From an uncultured virus (IMG/VR IMGVR_UViG_3300042447_001246) (taxonomy: Duplodnaviria > Heunggongvirae > Uroviricota > Caudoviricetes): DNA of 64,000 nucleotides. Position 1 is the first letter of the stretch, and the number at the start of each line of letters is the position of its first letter. Below the pieces are notes generated by a model, which had not been told where the DNA came from, ran no database searches, and saw only the letters and a program-made list of their open reading frames with translations. The translations under genes were made by a program, and so were the position numbers. The DNA lies in IMG/VR virus record IMGVR_UViG_3300042447_001246. One strand, 5' to 3'. Positions 27,701 to 37,200 of the stretch are shown piece by piece.

Positions 27701-29634
27701 GCCCAATGCTCTGCTCCGTACTCATCATTGAAATACATTTTTGGATACTCTCCAGCGAGAAATCCGACTACATCCGTTCTGGATAACGCATTTTTAAGCG
27801 ACTCAAGGTCAATCCCATCGCCAGCCTTTGCCATAAGACTCATCACCATTCCGCTAGTGAGGTCTCTAATATTCTCCACCCTTACAGGCTCGCCCTTGTC
27901 GTTGAGGACAGTAATGAAACCGTTGGTTCTAATCTGTCGTTCTGCTTCTCGGTTGAAAGCCTGCATTTGAATAGTGTGGGCAATCTCGTGCTTCATAATA
28001 TGTCGCGCAAATGCTCGTTCTTCAACCATTGCCGCAAGCTGCTTTGAATGCCCGTCAACGGTAACCAAGAAGTCAGTTAAAGCAGTTGCTCTTTCTGAAT
28101 CGGTTTTACCACCAACAAAATCAATCCTCATTCTTTCGCCTGGAGCAAGACTTGGTATTAATGCTTCCTGATTATTCATTATCTCGGGAATATCAACATA
28201 TATAACGCTCATCACGCGTTTGCTGTCTGGCGATGTGTACCCACCAGTAGATGCTTCGTCCATGCGTGGGTCGTCAGGACTTTTAACTTGAAAATCTATA
28301 CGTGCAATAGTTCTCATATGTTCTGGGTCAGCAATGAATGAGTCAAGAGCCGATTCAAGTAGAGCTCTTTCGGTTGTGTACCAGCGCTCTGTGTCTGCTG
28401 CAATCAAGCTCTTTTGACGCTCTGGAGTTAGGCCTGAAAAGCCCGGAACGTGCGCAAGTCTTGCTTTTACTATCTTGTCAATGTCCTCTGCGGATAGTCT
28501 TGTGCTTGTATCTATCGTCCATGCACCGCTGTCTCTCAGCTTCTGGAAAACCTCAAATACGTCGTCGTTTGTTTTTATCTTTTCATCTGTTCTGATTACC
28601 CCAAGCGAGTCCATCAGGCTTGCGATGTTTATGTCCTGCTGAGCAAGCTTGTCTTGAGCGCGAATCATTCCATCAACAAATACCCTGCTATTTCTGTCGC
28701 TGAGGCTCGCTTCACGCCACTTTTTGATGTTCTTGATTCTTTTGCCGTTTTCATCACGCCATACGGTTCTACCGATTCCCGGTATTGCTCCGTTATCAAG
28801 CCATGATAGAAACTCAAAAAGTTTTTTTGTTGTGTGTTTTACACCAGTTTCTTTGCTGACATCAATCCCACTTGCCATCCTTTTAGCAAAGTCGAATATC
28901 TCTGATGCTGAAATTCCGAAACAGTTTGTTCCTGCATTGTCGGTGAACTGGTTTGCCGCAGGTGTACCTGGTGGGCATCTAAACTTTCCATTTTCATCAA
29001 CAATGATTCCAAATGCGCTGGCAGCCCTAGCAATTAGAGACCTTCCTCTTTGCCCAATCGTTCTGCCTGGAAGCCTTTTTTCACTGTAGCCAGAAGGGTT
29101 GACAGTCTTTTCTCCGTTAAGACTAAATGGGTCAAGAGTTTGTTCTGATTCTTCGATTATCTCATCAGTTTTTTGGTTGACCTTATATTTTCTTATTCGT
29201 AGTTTTGGTTTTGCTGCGAGGATTTTTGCATACTCGTCAGCTGAAACAGAACGTGGCTCATCGACCCATCCAAAGTTTGGTTTCTTTACTGCAGTATTCC
29301 GCAATTTAACTGATGGGAAAAGATTGAGGATTTTGCCTTCTTCCCACTTTTGACCTGGAAGATAGTTGTACCCGTTTAGACGTTCAACCATTCCAGGCGT
29401 TCCGCCTTTATTGGTCCTCTTTTTCCCGTCGGTGTCTTTGTATGTCTCGTTACCTGTTGCGCCATCAAGCGCCTTTACAGACAGCCCGGCGTTTAGCGTT
29501 GGCCTTGTTATTGATTCAGTTACAGCCTTCTTGAACGCAATTGCTGCGTCGTTGAGGTCTCGTCTGCCAGCGAGCGGTGATACAAGCCTCTCGGATGTGA
29601 TTGTACGTGTTTTATAGAACGGCTTACCCGTCAT
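21736..29634 (-). CDS. giant (~2630 aa) multidomain virion-associated protein: zincin metallopeptidase plus ART-like modules
   Basis: Uninterrupted ORF; KHEIAH...EAAAE zincin motif; ART-like segments; internal duplication; four [LF]SSG motifs; likely start MTGKPF at 29634. Confidence 0.8.
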   Translation of the reverse strand: MTGKPFYKTRTITSERLVSPLAGRRDLNDAAIAFKKAVTESITRPTLNAGLSVKALDGATGNETYKDTDGKKRTNKGGTPGMVERLNGYNYLPGQKWEEGKILNLFPSVKLRNTAVKKPNFGWVDEPRSVSADEYAKILAAKPKLRIRKYKVNQKTDEIIEESEQTLDPFSLNGEKTVNPSGYSEKRLPGRTIGQRGRSLIARAASAFGIIVDENGKFRCPPGTPAANQFTDNAGTNCFGISASEIFDFAKRMASGIDVSKETGVKHTTKKLFEFLSWLDNGAIPGIGRTVWRDENGKRIKNIKKWREASLSDRNSRVFVDGMIRAQDKLAQQDINIASLMDSLGVIRTDEKIKTNDDVFEVFQKLRDSGAWTIDTSTRLSAEDIDKIVKARLAHVPGFSGLTPERQKSLIAADTERWYTTERALLESALDSFIADPEHMRTIARIDFQVKSPDDPRMDEASTGGYTSPDSKRVMSVIYVDIPEIMNNQEALIPSLAPGERMRIDFVGGKTDSERATALTDFLVTVDGHSKQLAAMVEERAFARHIMKHEIAHTIQMQAFNREAERQIRTNGFITVLNDKGEPVRVENIRDLTSGMVMSLMAKAGDGIDLESLKNALSRTDVVGFLAGEYPKMYFNDEYGAEHWALEAAAELWALRDLGLIYGDDIDAALEWMDDVSDGRYIDIRRRSDADGLREIEARYYENLGPDPELSGNSIAEVRERLEVAHKKELSLIEEWSQDSSTTNGDFIDALAGLEYNREAYNDAFDNLEATGESKDSPAFKNLNRKIKENNAKIALIEKKWAERFSSEDKDRRRSDVKKMRESVREKMFSEGNLRPKEMAARSRQQEIKNLQQQAEDMTEDEFVQKLADIEISLKEPGLSADDKSVLLEDKKMLRAIFKSKLEGSDDAKVWAKQRRELDTRIDEIVNPPRQQALKKTKKVKTDKAGASYAKKIQRDESLAMTEEQAIAVERLGDPELTDIGNLVDPDGNVSAVKNINRRYRRAQRSAGDLSPESETASLEDQIEKVLIPAMEAMDESSIPDDLEIEAEIYFGVTDSGFKDVSEYFDNQSFVSGRIITDESPHKPGEARDADGDVITRAGKEKTRVIVQVSKGDKGLFRTNETELGEEGALVLPPGKMKVVDVRPDGTIVLRVQEQDNVVDVLDRVSSSIGEEGPGAGQHAKGTKKKIDRVANKYVAQRRENGLSSTPSRPKREVEIEDKNVEVKRQVISAGGSFGEPPSEDYIAEIGKTPLVQPAEADIKDARDMYKARTGKEFDLSSIYLLNVEELLNYRARLYKAMLDPDFRNRDDNPYDYDGLIAEVDKTLAYRGEIVANLPKTPPRDYPYIPGTLERSPYETSIARVPLVQPAEADIKPDPVDPITGRPRLTTVFRMDVDELVNRRADVYRRLLNPDYANDRKGWQGTDRATLKSIDDELAKRGEIIANLPQPPEFDPDHVPGTKKRAPYKTSAGAALDPTTGSEVLGIPQTREERKVVRATRANMTFEDIKRVMAGESPKEVMNDMSRESLDPAVADVVARKSVEAILKDIEDAAVEFHAGIDKRPRVRMTENQLTKFADDGEFLPTETDDIVLESGPIGRRLERRLNPRTRRTAPKLSSGANIYRKIERAETFQDEDELGVKRGKEISEKPEKLSSGAIERTLKPGDLKKSPTQGFAKKEGRFGEERKAFDVYDIGGESVVFGGPTNDFEMESDTEIKNVPINPYAITGLDRTSDKGQELAEKWVAARAAHLSEGGSPGRSTNVDALLYASVRGDDDAAKEFDRLSEIGLKLIAEEREKSIEGISFSEDDLLQERKEGLDKIGVDDLYLVHETQYDPPLDADGNIILKPLSAYELTSDSGEKVTVQRHTIHFALNHMAGGHIARQQKPGSNVIVVRLRDVLENNPDSVDSLFPVDTVLTPKPGGGIKMPKGSFQVVKTTEDGDSNEMVRTALKELGAKHFFKPGEYSSSTGAESAVRRIAKGEGFNYQMHSNMPHAYIEMNASGTEEQLGRPSTLELWPQELARMSKNAQKSVGISDKFTGTTGVMVGDRFSSGRRTTNKPSKTQRVAGIAGSRATGRVLDAVLKRSGADEDTRERVKYGVNMAGALAAGGPVGFATALAVDVARRAGREVAERGLEEAVQRGKITQNQMDVAMSAVDRVAPNGLPDPVVDKLADAWTIASDFIDERVVTDENKQRLDEFGDIIRGEGAELLENAGEIVGSARDKVGKKFKKLKKKKNTEDGIGEDGISDGPDLAELRSRFGSESLPASSEYDDPFDGYNENDYTPAKTEYDPFGDSAFSSGKRAGRSSDAFRDEYNSRIGISKSTPNSAKPVSGYVVHRSHNEEKKRQIAASGKGNIGSDAIFEIGDNDVVGDGLTALGEIEVILKPEVSNRTAYGRGEALQSAHRPVAMNSNDPDDIADAIMNADGISSKKQNTEAMLHLLGAKMDKNFSSVNASMDENGKMAPVGSVDSSARSHEPFEAQILGGFKKNEVEGIHYPYSKVAKIAESEDISDVVNDRSLASKLEKLGFTPEEVAYFYSISGGKPLNTASMVKLKEYRAAKKIKEKYEGMGVGYVKFAHPQGINIENPRSYDKTASPTTRVDEIIKRNIDAEVEAELKKTLDSIRKSGQLDLMVD

Positions 29635-29650
29635 GGCGGGCCGCCCTTTC

Positions 29651-31099
29651 TTAGATTGTGTCAGTTTCTGCTTCGAGCAGCTGGAATTCAACAAGGGACT
29701 TCATGAAATCTCCATCAAGAGTTTCATCTTCCTTCTTGCTCATTCCTTCGCCACCGGCAACCCAGCCTGCTGGGATTAAGTTTTCTTTGCCGAGTTCGCG
29801 AGCGCGCTTGAGAATGTGTCGCTTTGCAGCTTCTTTATCCTTTGCGCGACCAAATGCTTGGATTGCATTTCTGAGGTCAGACTCGTTCGAAATTGGGTAT
29901 GAACCATCTGGAAGCGCGTTTCCTTCTTTGGCCATCGAATCACGCTGTTCTTCTGTGAATGCGCGCTTCAACGCAATTTCTGCTGCTTCAGCTTCAATCT
30001 CTTCTGCTTCTTCTGGTTCGTACTTGTCGTAACCAAGAACTTCGCCATCAAGAGCAACGAATACATCGTATGACTTTCCGTCAAATCCTTCGATTTCAAC
30101 AGCGTATGAGTCGATGCCTTCGAAGTTGTCTGGCTCAACAGCAACTACATGACCGTCAATTGACTTGACTGCGATTTCAGCTGCATCGGTGAAGCTAATC
30201 AAATTGAGTTCATCAATTGCTGTCTTCTGTTCAAACACGCTTTCATCGAGCTTGTGCCAGCCCATAACTTCTGCAGAAGTTCCGTCGATGAATACTTCGA
30301 CTGCCTTGCCATCCTTGCCCTGAACATCAATGACGAACATGTCAGCATCTGGTGAGTAACCTGAATCGATTACTTTTCCGTCGAACATTTCTTCAGCCAT
30401 CCCCTCAACACTCAAGAGGCCTGGCATTCCTTTTTCTGCGATACATCCGCCTGGGCAGTTGTCGCAAACAGAAGTTACAGCAGAGTAAGACTTACGCTCA
30501 ATTGCGCAGATGTAATCATGTTCGCCAAGCTCATCTGACTTCATTCCCATTGTCGCCATGCGGCGCTTGCGGAATTTTTCCATCATGATATTTTGCTTCT
30601 CGGCTTCCGCCATGTCCTCTTCATCCTCGGAGTCCATGTCGTCCTCCATCGAGCCTTTTTCTTCTTCGGACATTTCTTCTTCGTCGTCCTCTTCGGACTC
30701 CATGTCCTCTTCTTCTTCGTCCACCATCTCTTCTTCATCGCCTTTTTTCTTAAACTTCTGCATGGCGGTATTGACTTTTTCCCCGCCATCCATCATGTCT
30801 TCTTCTTCCATGTCATCCTCTTCGGACTCCATGTCTTCTTCCATGCCCATACCCTTCATTGGCTTCTTCTTTGGCATCATGCCGTACATCTTTTGCATGT
30901 CCTCTTCGGTCATGTCTTCATCAGCGATGTCAAGGTCTGTTGCCGGTACCATCTTCATCTCTACTGGCATAGCGCCACATTTGCCGCACACCTTTGCTCC
31001 TGGAGTGAAACCGCACGCAGATGCATCAGCTCCTTTGGCGCACTTGAGCACAGCCCCTTCGCTGTCAATACTCACTGTTGCCTTGTCGTCGTAAGCCAT
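29651..31099 (-). CDS. acidic scaffold-like protein (Cys clusters, E/D/M-rich linker, PepSY-like repeats, C-terminal DUF6582-like domain)
   Basis: CGKCG, long EEDM repeats, two PepSY-like units (AVKSIDGHVVAVE..YAVEI..YDVFVALDGEVL), ALPDGSYPI..DLRNAIQAFGRA. Confidence 0.7.
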   Translation of the reverse strand: MAYDDKATVSIDSEGAVLKCAKGADASACGFTPGAKVCGKCGAMPVEMKMVPATDLDIADEDMTEEDMQKMYGMMPKKKPMKGMGMEEDMESEEDDMEEEDMMDGGEKVNTAMQKFKKKGDEEEMVDEEEEDMESEEDDEEEMSEEEKGSMEDDMDSEDEEDMAEAEKQNIMMEKFRKRRMATMGMKSDELGEHDYICAIERKSYSAVTSVCDNCPGGCIAEKGMPGLLSVEGMAEEMFDGKVIDSGYSPDADMFVIDVQGKDGKAVEVFIDGTSAEVMGWHKLDESVFEQKTAIDELNLISFTDAAEIAVKSIDGHVVAVEPDNFEGIDSYAVEIEGFDGKSYDVFVALDGEVLGYDKYEPEEAEEIEAEAAEIALKRAFTEEQRDSMAKEGNALPDGSYPISNESDLRNAIQAFGRAKDKEAAKRHILKRARELGKENLIPAGWVAGGEGMSKKEDETLDGDFMKSLVEFQLLEAETDTI

Positions 31100-31236
31100 A
31101 AAATAGAGCTCCTTGCGCCTAATGGTATGCAGAAGGCTAAATAGCCAACTGTTTATTAAATTATTTGTTTGTAAAAGTATAACCTACCATAGCGCCGCTA
31201 TGGGAAGTATTAATAAAACGCTTTTCTAATTATCTA

Positions 31237-34200
31237 TTAACGTCTTCTTTGTGAGTTGTCGTGAAGCTGAAGAAGTTTTGTCCATTGAGTTGGAGACAAG
31301 AATCCTTTGGCTTTGAATTGAGAAACAAGGCTTTGAGCAAATCCACTCCATTTGGCATTTTCTGCCCAGCCCATTATTTCTTTTTGCATTCTTGGGGTTA
31401 TGTTTTCTGGGGCTCCGTTGTTTTCTCGCCCGGAAGAGAGTTTTGTAACTGCTTCCTGACCAGAATTGGTTATTCTGCGAGCGGCTCTTCTTCCACTGCT
31501 CATAGAACCTCCACCCTTGACTGAGTCAACGGTTTCGCTTAAGTCGTACTTCTTGTTGAGTCTGTCAACTATTTCCTGAACTTCTTCATCAGAGTAACGA
31601 AGCGCTTTTCCAACACGAGGGCTGAATTTTGGCTGCTTGCCTTGTTCAAAGGTCTTTAGACGGCTGATTATCTTTGCCGCACCAAGCACCTCATCGATAT
31701 CGTCCCACTTAACCTTTTTGCCACTTCTTTCAACGGCGTCAACAACGTTTCTCCAGAGCGAGAATTGGGGAATTGAGTTGTCAAACTTGGTGCCGTCTTC
31801 ACCGAATACTTCGCCAGCGCTTGGGATTATGCCTTGATTAACAAGTTGTTCAACTATTCCTGTTGGGACGCCTTCTTGTTTCCATTTTTTGAGCTGTATT
31901 GGTGTCGGCGTGAACGTCACTCCGTCAACTTCAAACGTCAGGGCTTCAGATAGTTCTGCATCTGACTCGACGCCAAGTGAATCTGAAAGCGCGGAAACAG
32001 AGAATCCGCCCTTGGAAATTTCTTGTGCAACGGTTTGCTCAGTCTCAACCATGTCTGCAGGGGACATGAGTCCAGCCATGTAGATTCCCTCGTCAAGGAA
32101 GTCATCATATTGCTCACGAGTGAGCTGGTTTCCGTCCTTGTCGTACCAGTACGGCTTAGCACCAAAGCCCCAAATTCCATCAATTATGTCGCTTGTCTGG
32201 AAAGGGTTTGAACTGTCAGAGAATGCTCTGTCAATCAAGGCGTAAGCATCAGCTTCGGAAATGCCTGCTCCTTCTTTGAACATCTTCTCTGCTTCTATCT
32301 CGCTTATACCGAGGTAATCTGCAATTTGTTCTTTGCTCAATGGCTTGCCGTTTTCGTCTTTCAGAATTTGCTGCAGCTTCCTGGCGTCAAGCATCCACTT
32401 ACCATCTGGAGACCTGTCGTTATTTTCTGAAGTTTTTCCAAACTTTATTTTGACATCAGCTGCCAACTCTCGGCCAACCTTGTTTCTTTGCAATTCACCA
32501 GGCATCCTGAGTCTTCCGGAACTGAATTTTTCAGTGCCGAATTCGTCTTTGCTTGGTCCAGGTCGCTTCTTGCCCGGAATTGTTGCTGCTCTCTGTCTTA
32601 CGCCATCAGCAAACGCCTGTCTGTCGGCATCTGACATTGGTCGTCGTTTTGAACCCTGTGTTCTTCTGTTTCTTCCAGAGCTAAGTCCTGGAGCATCTCC
32701 TGGCTCCAGGAAGTCGGCTACATCGCCTTCAACCATGTCGAAGTTAGAGAGGTTGCTAGGTGAGAAAATGTCTTCAGGAAGACCGCCCTTGCTCTCTCTG
32801 TTTAGTGATACTCCGCTTTCCTCGAAAGACTCACCTATCCCAAAGAGGTCGCTTAGCTCTCTCTCTAGCCTGTTGATTGCACCGTAGTACATGTCGCTGA
32901 GTTTTGCAGCAAAATCTTCCGGCTTTGTTGTGTTGTTGATTGAGTCAACCAAGTCTTCAATTTCATTTATTTGACTCTGCAGTGAGGAGCGAATGAACGA
33001 ATCGTCGATTGCCTCGATATCTTCAAGTACTCCTTGGATTTCCTGAGCATCAAATCTCATCGAATCAACGGCATCAGCGGCATCCCCGTCAGCATCGTCT
33101 ATATGCTTTTGCATTGCTGACTCGAAGTCAACCTTGCCGCCATCTCTCCAGCTGTTTCTGTACGAATTTTCTAGAAGGCCTATCTTTTCGCGCAAATCAT
33201 CGGTTTGCTGATTCAGGAGTGCAAGATTCTCTACATGGTCTTCCAGCTGTGATTCGATGTCATATATTGCTGAATCAAGTCTGTCAATAAATTCCATATC
33301 ATCATCTGAAATTTGTCCAGTCAAATCATCGATGCTTGGTGTACTTTGCTTTGTGATTTTCTTACCATCAAGAGCTGCGCGGATGTATTCATCCCTCGTA
33401 GCAACTAAGTCATCGATTGCGTCAATAGCTTTTTTATGGTCTTCTAGAGCAATCCTTCCACGTCCACCATTTGGAAGGAAGCCAATTTTCCCATCAAGAG
33501 CATCCTGTGTTACTGGATTGTTGAACTGCCCGCTCTTTTCAAACTCGGACTTGATGTCTTCTGGTGACCTTCCAGAACTCAGGCGTCCACCGCCAGGAAT
33601 CCTGCTAGAAACCAAACTTCTCGTTCTTCTTCCAGAAGAGAAAGACGTTCCTTGAGGGACTCCAGGTTGTGTTGGATTGATTGGGGCAACTGCGCCGTCA
33701 ATCAAGCCCTCAATCTTGTGGAGACTGAAACTTCTATACTGACCCGATTCCTCATCAAGTCCTATGAAGTATATTCCTCCGCCCTTCTTGGTCATCATTC
33801 CGGTTGGATAAACCATTCGTGGCTTGCCGTTGTAAGTAAATGAGATGACCTCACCGTTTCTGCGTATGGAATCAAAGTCATACTTTTCAACAGGAACCGC
33901 AGGCAAGTTTGCCGCGATGTGCCTTGAGTTTGAGCCAGCCTCATCCGTTCTCTTGAGAGCGTCTGTGACTAAGCCAATTTCCTCAGCAGGAGTTTCGTCG
34001 TATCTAGAGCGAACCCCGGATGAAAGTCTGCTGTTTTCTTTCATCAATTCAGCCTGGATATCGCTAGCTTCGTCTGCCCAGTCTTCTGCGCTCCAGTCAA
34101 GGCGTGATTCATCTATCTGCGCCATCATCCGGACATATTCCTGTCTGTCTGCGCGCTCTCTTGAAGCTCTCTTGTAATTTTCGTACTCTGCGTCTCGGCG

Positions 34201-37200
34201 TGCTTCCTCTTCTTTGAGCATTTCGGCAATTTTTTCAATGTCGGTTTCTGCTTTAAACTTGCGTTGCCATTCTATGCGGCTGTTTTCATAAGAGTCAGCC
34301 CATCGTGCTGCATCTTCTGGGGACTTAAAACCCTCCGAGCCAACTCCGGCAATGTCCCAGTCGATTTCGTCGTCTTCACCGACACCGTCCATGACCATCA
34401 ATTCAGCAAACCACTCACCGGATTCATCCTGGCTTACATTCCACTGACTCGGGCGCGAGCGTCCACCTAGGAAGGCGCTTGCCTCAAACCAACTTCTGTC
34501 GCCATCGCGATAGCCTCTGCGCATATCGAATTCAGTGAGAACCTCATCACCAAATGCGCCCATTTCATCAGCAAGAGTTCTTACTGTCCCCTCAGGATTT
34601 AGCACATACTTGCTACGTCTTCCAGACGAGAGAGCAGCAGGTGCTCCGTCATACGTAGCATCCCTGTTTCCAGGTATGACTCCAGCCTCAGCAACCTTTC
34701 TACCAAGCTTTTTGCTCATCGATGGAGAGAGGGATATTGCGTAGTCGTGCGCTTTCTGCGCTTGCTCAAAAGCATTCTTAAGTGCATCTGGGTCAGACTT
34801 GAGTTTCTTGAGCCATGATGCAAGGTATTGAGCATGGTCTTCTCTTGGCTCAGGGGTCAAGCCGTGAGCAGTCATAAAGAATGCTGATGCTATTTCCGCA
34901 ATAAGCTCTTCTTGTGCATATTCAGGGCTTCCAAAGTCTCCCATGTGGTCTCTGTTCAGACGGCTCTTGCCACCCGTCCAGTGCATCAACTCATGAGCAA
35001 AGACTGCATAATAAGCTTCCTTGCTCTTAAATGACGAAAAAGGAGGAAGTGTTATTTCGTCTGTTGATGGTCTATAGAACGCTCTATCTCCACCGTGATT
35101 GACTACTGCACCGATTTCTGAAAGTGCTTGTTCAAGTTCTGCAGCACGCTCTTCTTCTGAGAGTTGAGGCATCTTGAATTGTTCTTTATCAATTCCGTCA
35201 ATCTGGTCGAGGTTGAAAACATATCCTGTTTTAAAGAAAATTGAACCAGGCTTTATTTCATTGCCATCAGCATCTTTCTTTGCAGGAATGATTGTTGGGA
35301 TGATTATCATCGTCCCCTTTTCACCCTTACGAACAGTTCCGCCTTTTTCTTTCCACTGATTAAATCCAGCCCAAAGCCCTGTCTCGTAATTCATTGCATC
35401 CTTCTGGAACATCAACATCAACGAGTTGATTCCAGAGTATGGGCGATTGTTGTTCATAGCATTACGTGGAAGAGAAGCATCTCTGTGCCAAGGGAACTCC
35501 CACTTGCCACCTTCTGTCTCTGCTTTTTGTATTTGCTCGATTAGCTTTTCTTGAACGCTTCTATAAACCTCGTCCAACTTCCCTGAAGACAAACGCTGTC
35601 CAGGTTCCATGCCCTCAAGCGGACTTACGTACTTTTTGCTACCCGAACCAAGCGTGTCTCCGCGTTGTTTTTCAACCCAGGACTTTGCTTCCTTGTCTCT
35701 ATCACGCAAAAGTTTCATGTGCTTTTGCTCGCGTCTTCTCACAGTTTCACGGCTGAGGCCAAGAGCCTTGGCAGTCTGGTCAAGCGATTCTCCACCCATA
35801 CGACGGTCGTAAATTGACTCGTTCAATGCAAGCTCTGATGCTTCCTCTGCTGCCATACGTGCTTGGTCTTCGCGGTAAGACTCAACCTCGTCAAAGTCTG
35901 GTCGTTGCAGTGTTCCACGTTCGCGAGCCATGTGGCGCATTTCTGCCTGTCGCACATCTTCGCGTGTCATTCCAAGAGCCGAAGCAGTGTCCATGAGCGA
36001 TTCCCCACCCATGCGGCGCTCAAATATCTCCCTATCAGAGACACCCAGCTCCTCTTGGTTCTTTCTCTTTCCAGAGGACAGATTTCTTGCTTGACGATTG
36101 TCGTACTGTGTTTCTAGATAATCCTGATACATCTGTGACGCAGCGTACGCAACGTCTTGAGCAAATCTTTCTCCACCGGCACCATACTCGTTAATGTATT
36201 CATCCCGTGTTTCGCCGTCGGTATCCATCCAGTGGTCAAGGATTCTCTCTGCCTCCATGCCGGTGTGGCCAATCTCTCCCAATTCCCAAAGCTGGTCTTT
36301 TCTCACTGCTTCCTCTGGGTCTTCGTATCTCTCGAACCCAGTTCTAGTACGTCTGCCGGAGCTGAGACCCTGACGATTTTTGTCTGCGAATTGTCTTTGT
36401 CGGATTTGACCTAGTTCTCGGCGTAGTTTTGACTTGTAGTTGTCGCTAAGACCAAGTTCAAGGCTGCGTAAGATTTTTTCTGCTCTGGCGGCATCTCGGA
36501 TTGGCTGAAATGCTTTAAACTTTTCATCGGCCAAATCATAAACGACATCTTCGTCGACCTTGTTGTCGTCAATCTGTATAAGAGTAAATCCTTCATTTTC
36601 TTTGTTGTTAGGCTTGCTCCAGATGTCTTCGTCTGCGATTAAGAAACCAGTTCCATTATCGGTATCAAAATCTATCCCATAACCGTCGTTGATGTATTCT
36701 GGCGTGTCTAGCTGCTTACCATTTTCGTCATGCGTAATCACGATGTCGATTGAGCCGGCGTATGGCCGTGGAGTGTCTCTTCTTGAGCTGTATTCTCCCT
36801 CGACTAGTTCGATTTCGAAATCGGAACCATTAACGATTACACCCCTTCGCCCGTCATTGAGGGTGACTGTGTTCCCAATAAAATCCCTTCCGTTTGCTGA
36901 AGAAATAGTGTCAAGGTCAACTACGAACTCATCCGCATACGGACCACTGTCGTCCCATCTACCGGTAGGGAAAGAAGCGTCCATATCCCCGCCGTATTCA
37001 TCAAATAACGCAGGCTTTGAATCTCTGGACATTGCTTCGTCAAGAACTTCTTTTCTCCTAGAAGAAAGACGAGAACCATCAGTGTCTTGATTTTTTTCTC
37101 CTGCAATGAATTTCTTTATGTCGTCAATCGAGATGTTCCCAGTCATGTCTTCGTAGTACTGGTCGATAACATCTTGCTCTGATGGCACGACGTCTGGCTC

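Noticed and set aside
30558..31144. Ser-rich and His/Phe-rich + strand ORFs (178 and 183 aa)
   Set aside because: Antisense shadows of the low-complexity acidic tract in 29651..31099
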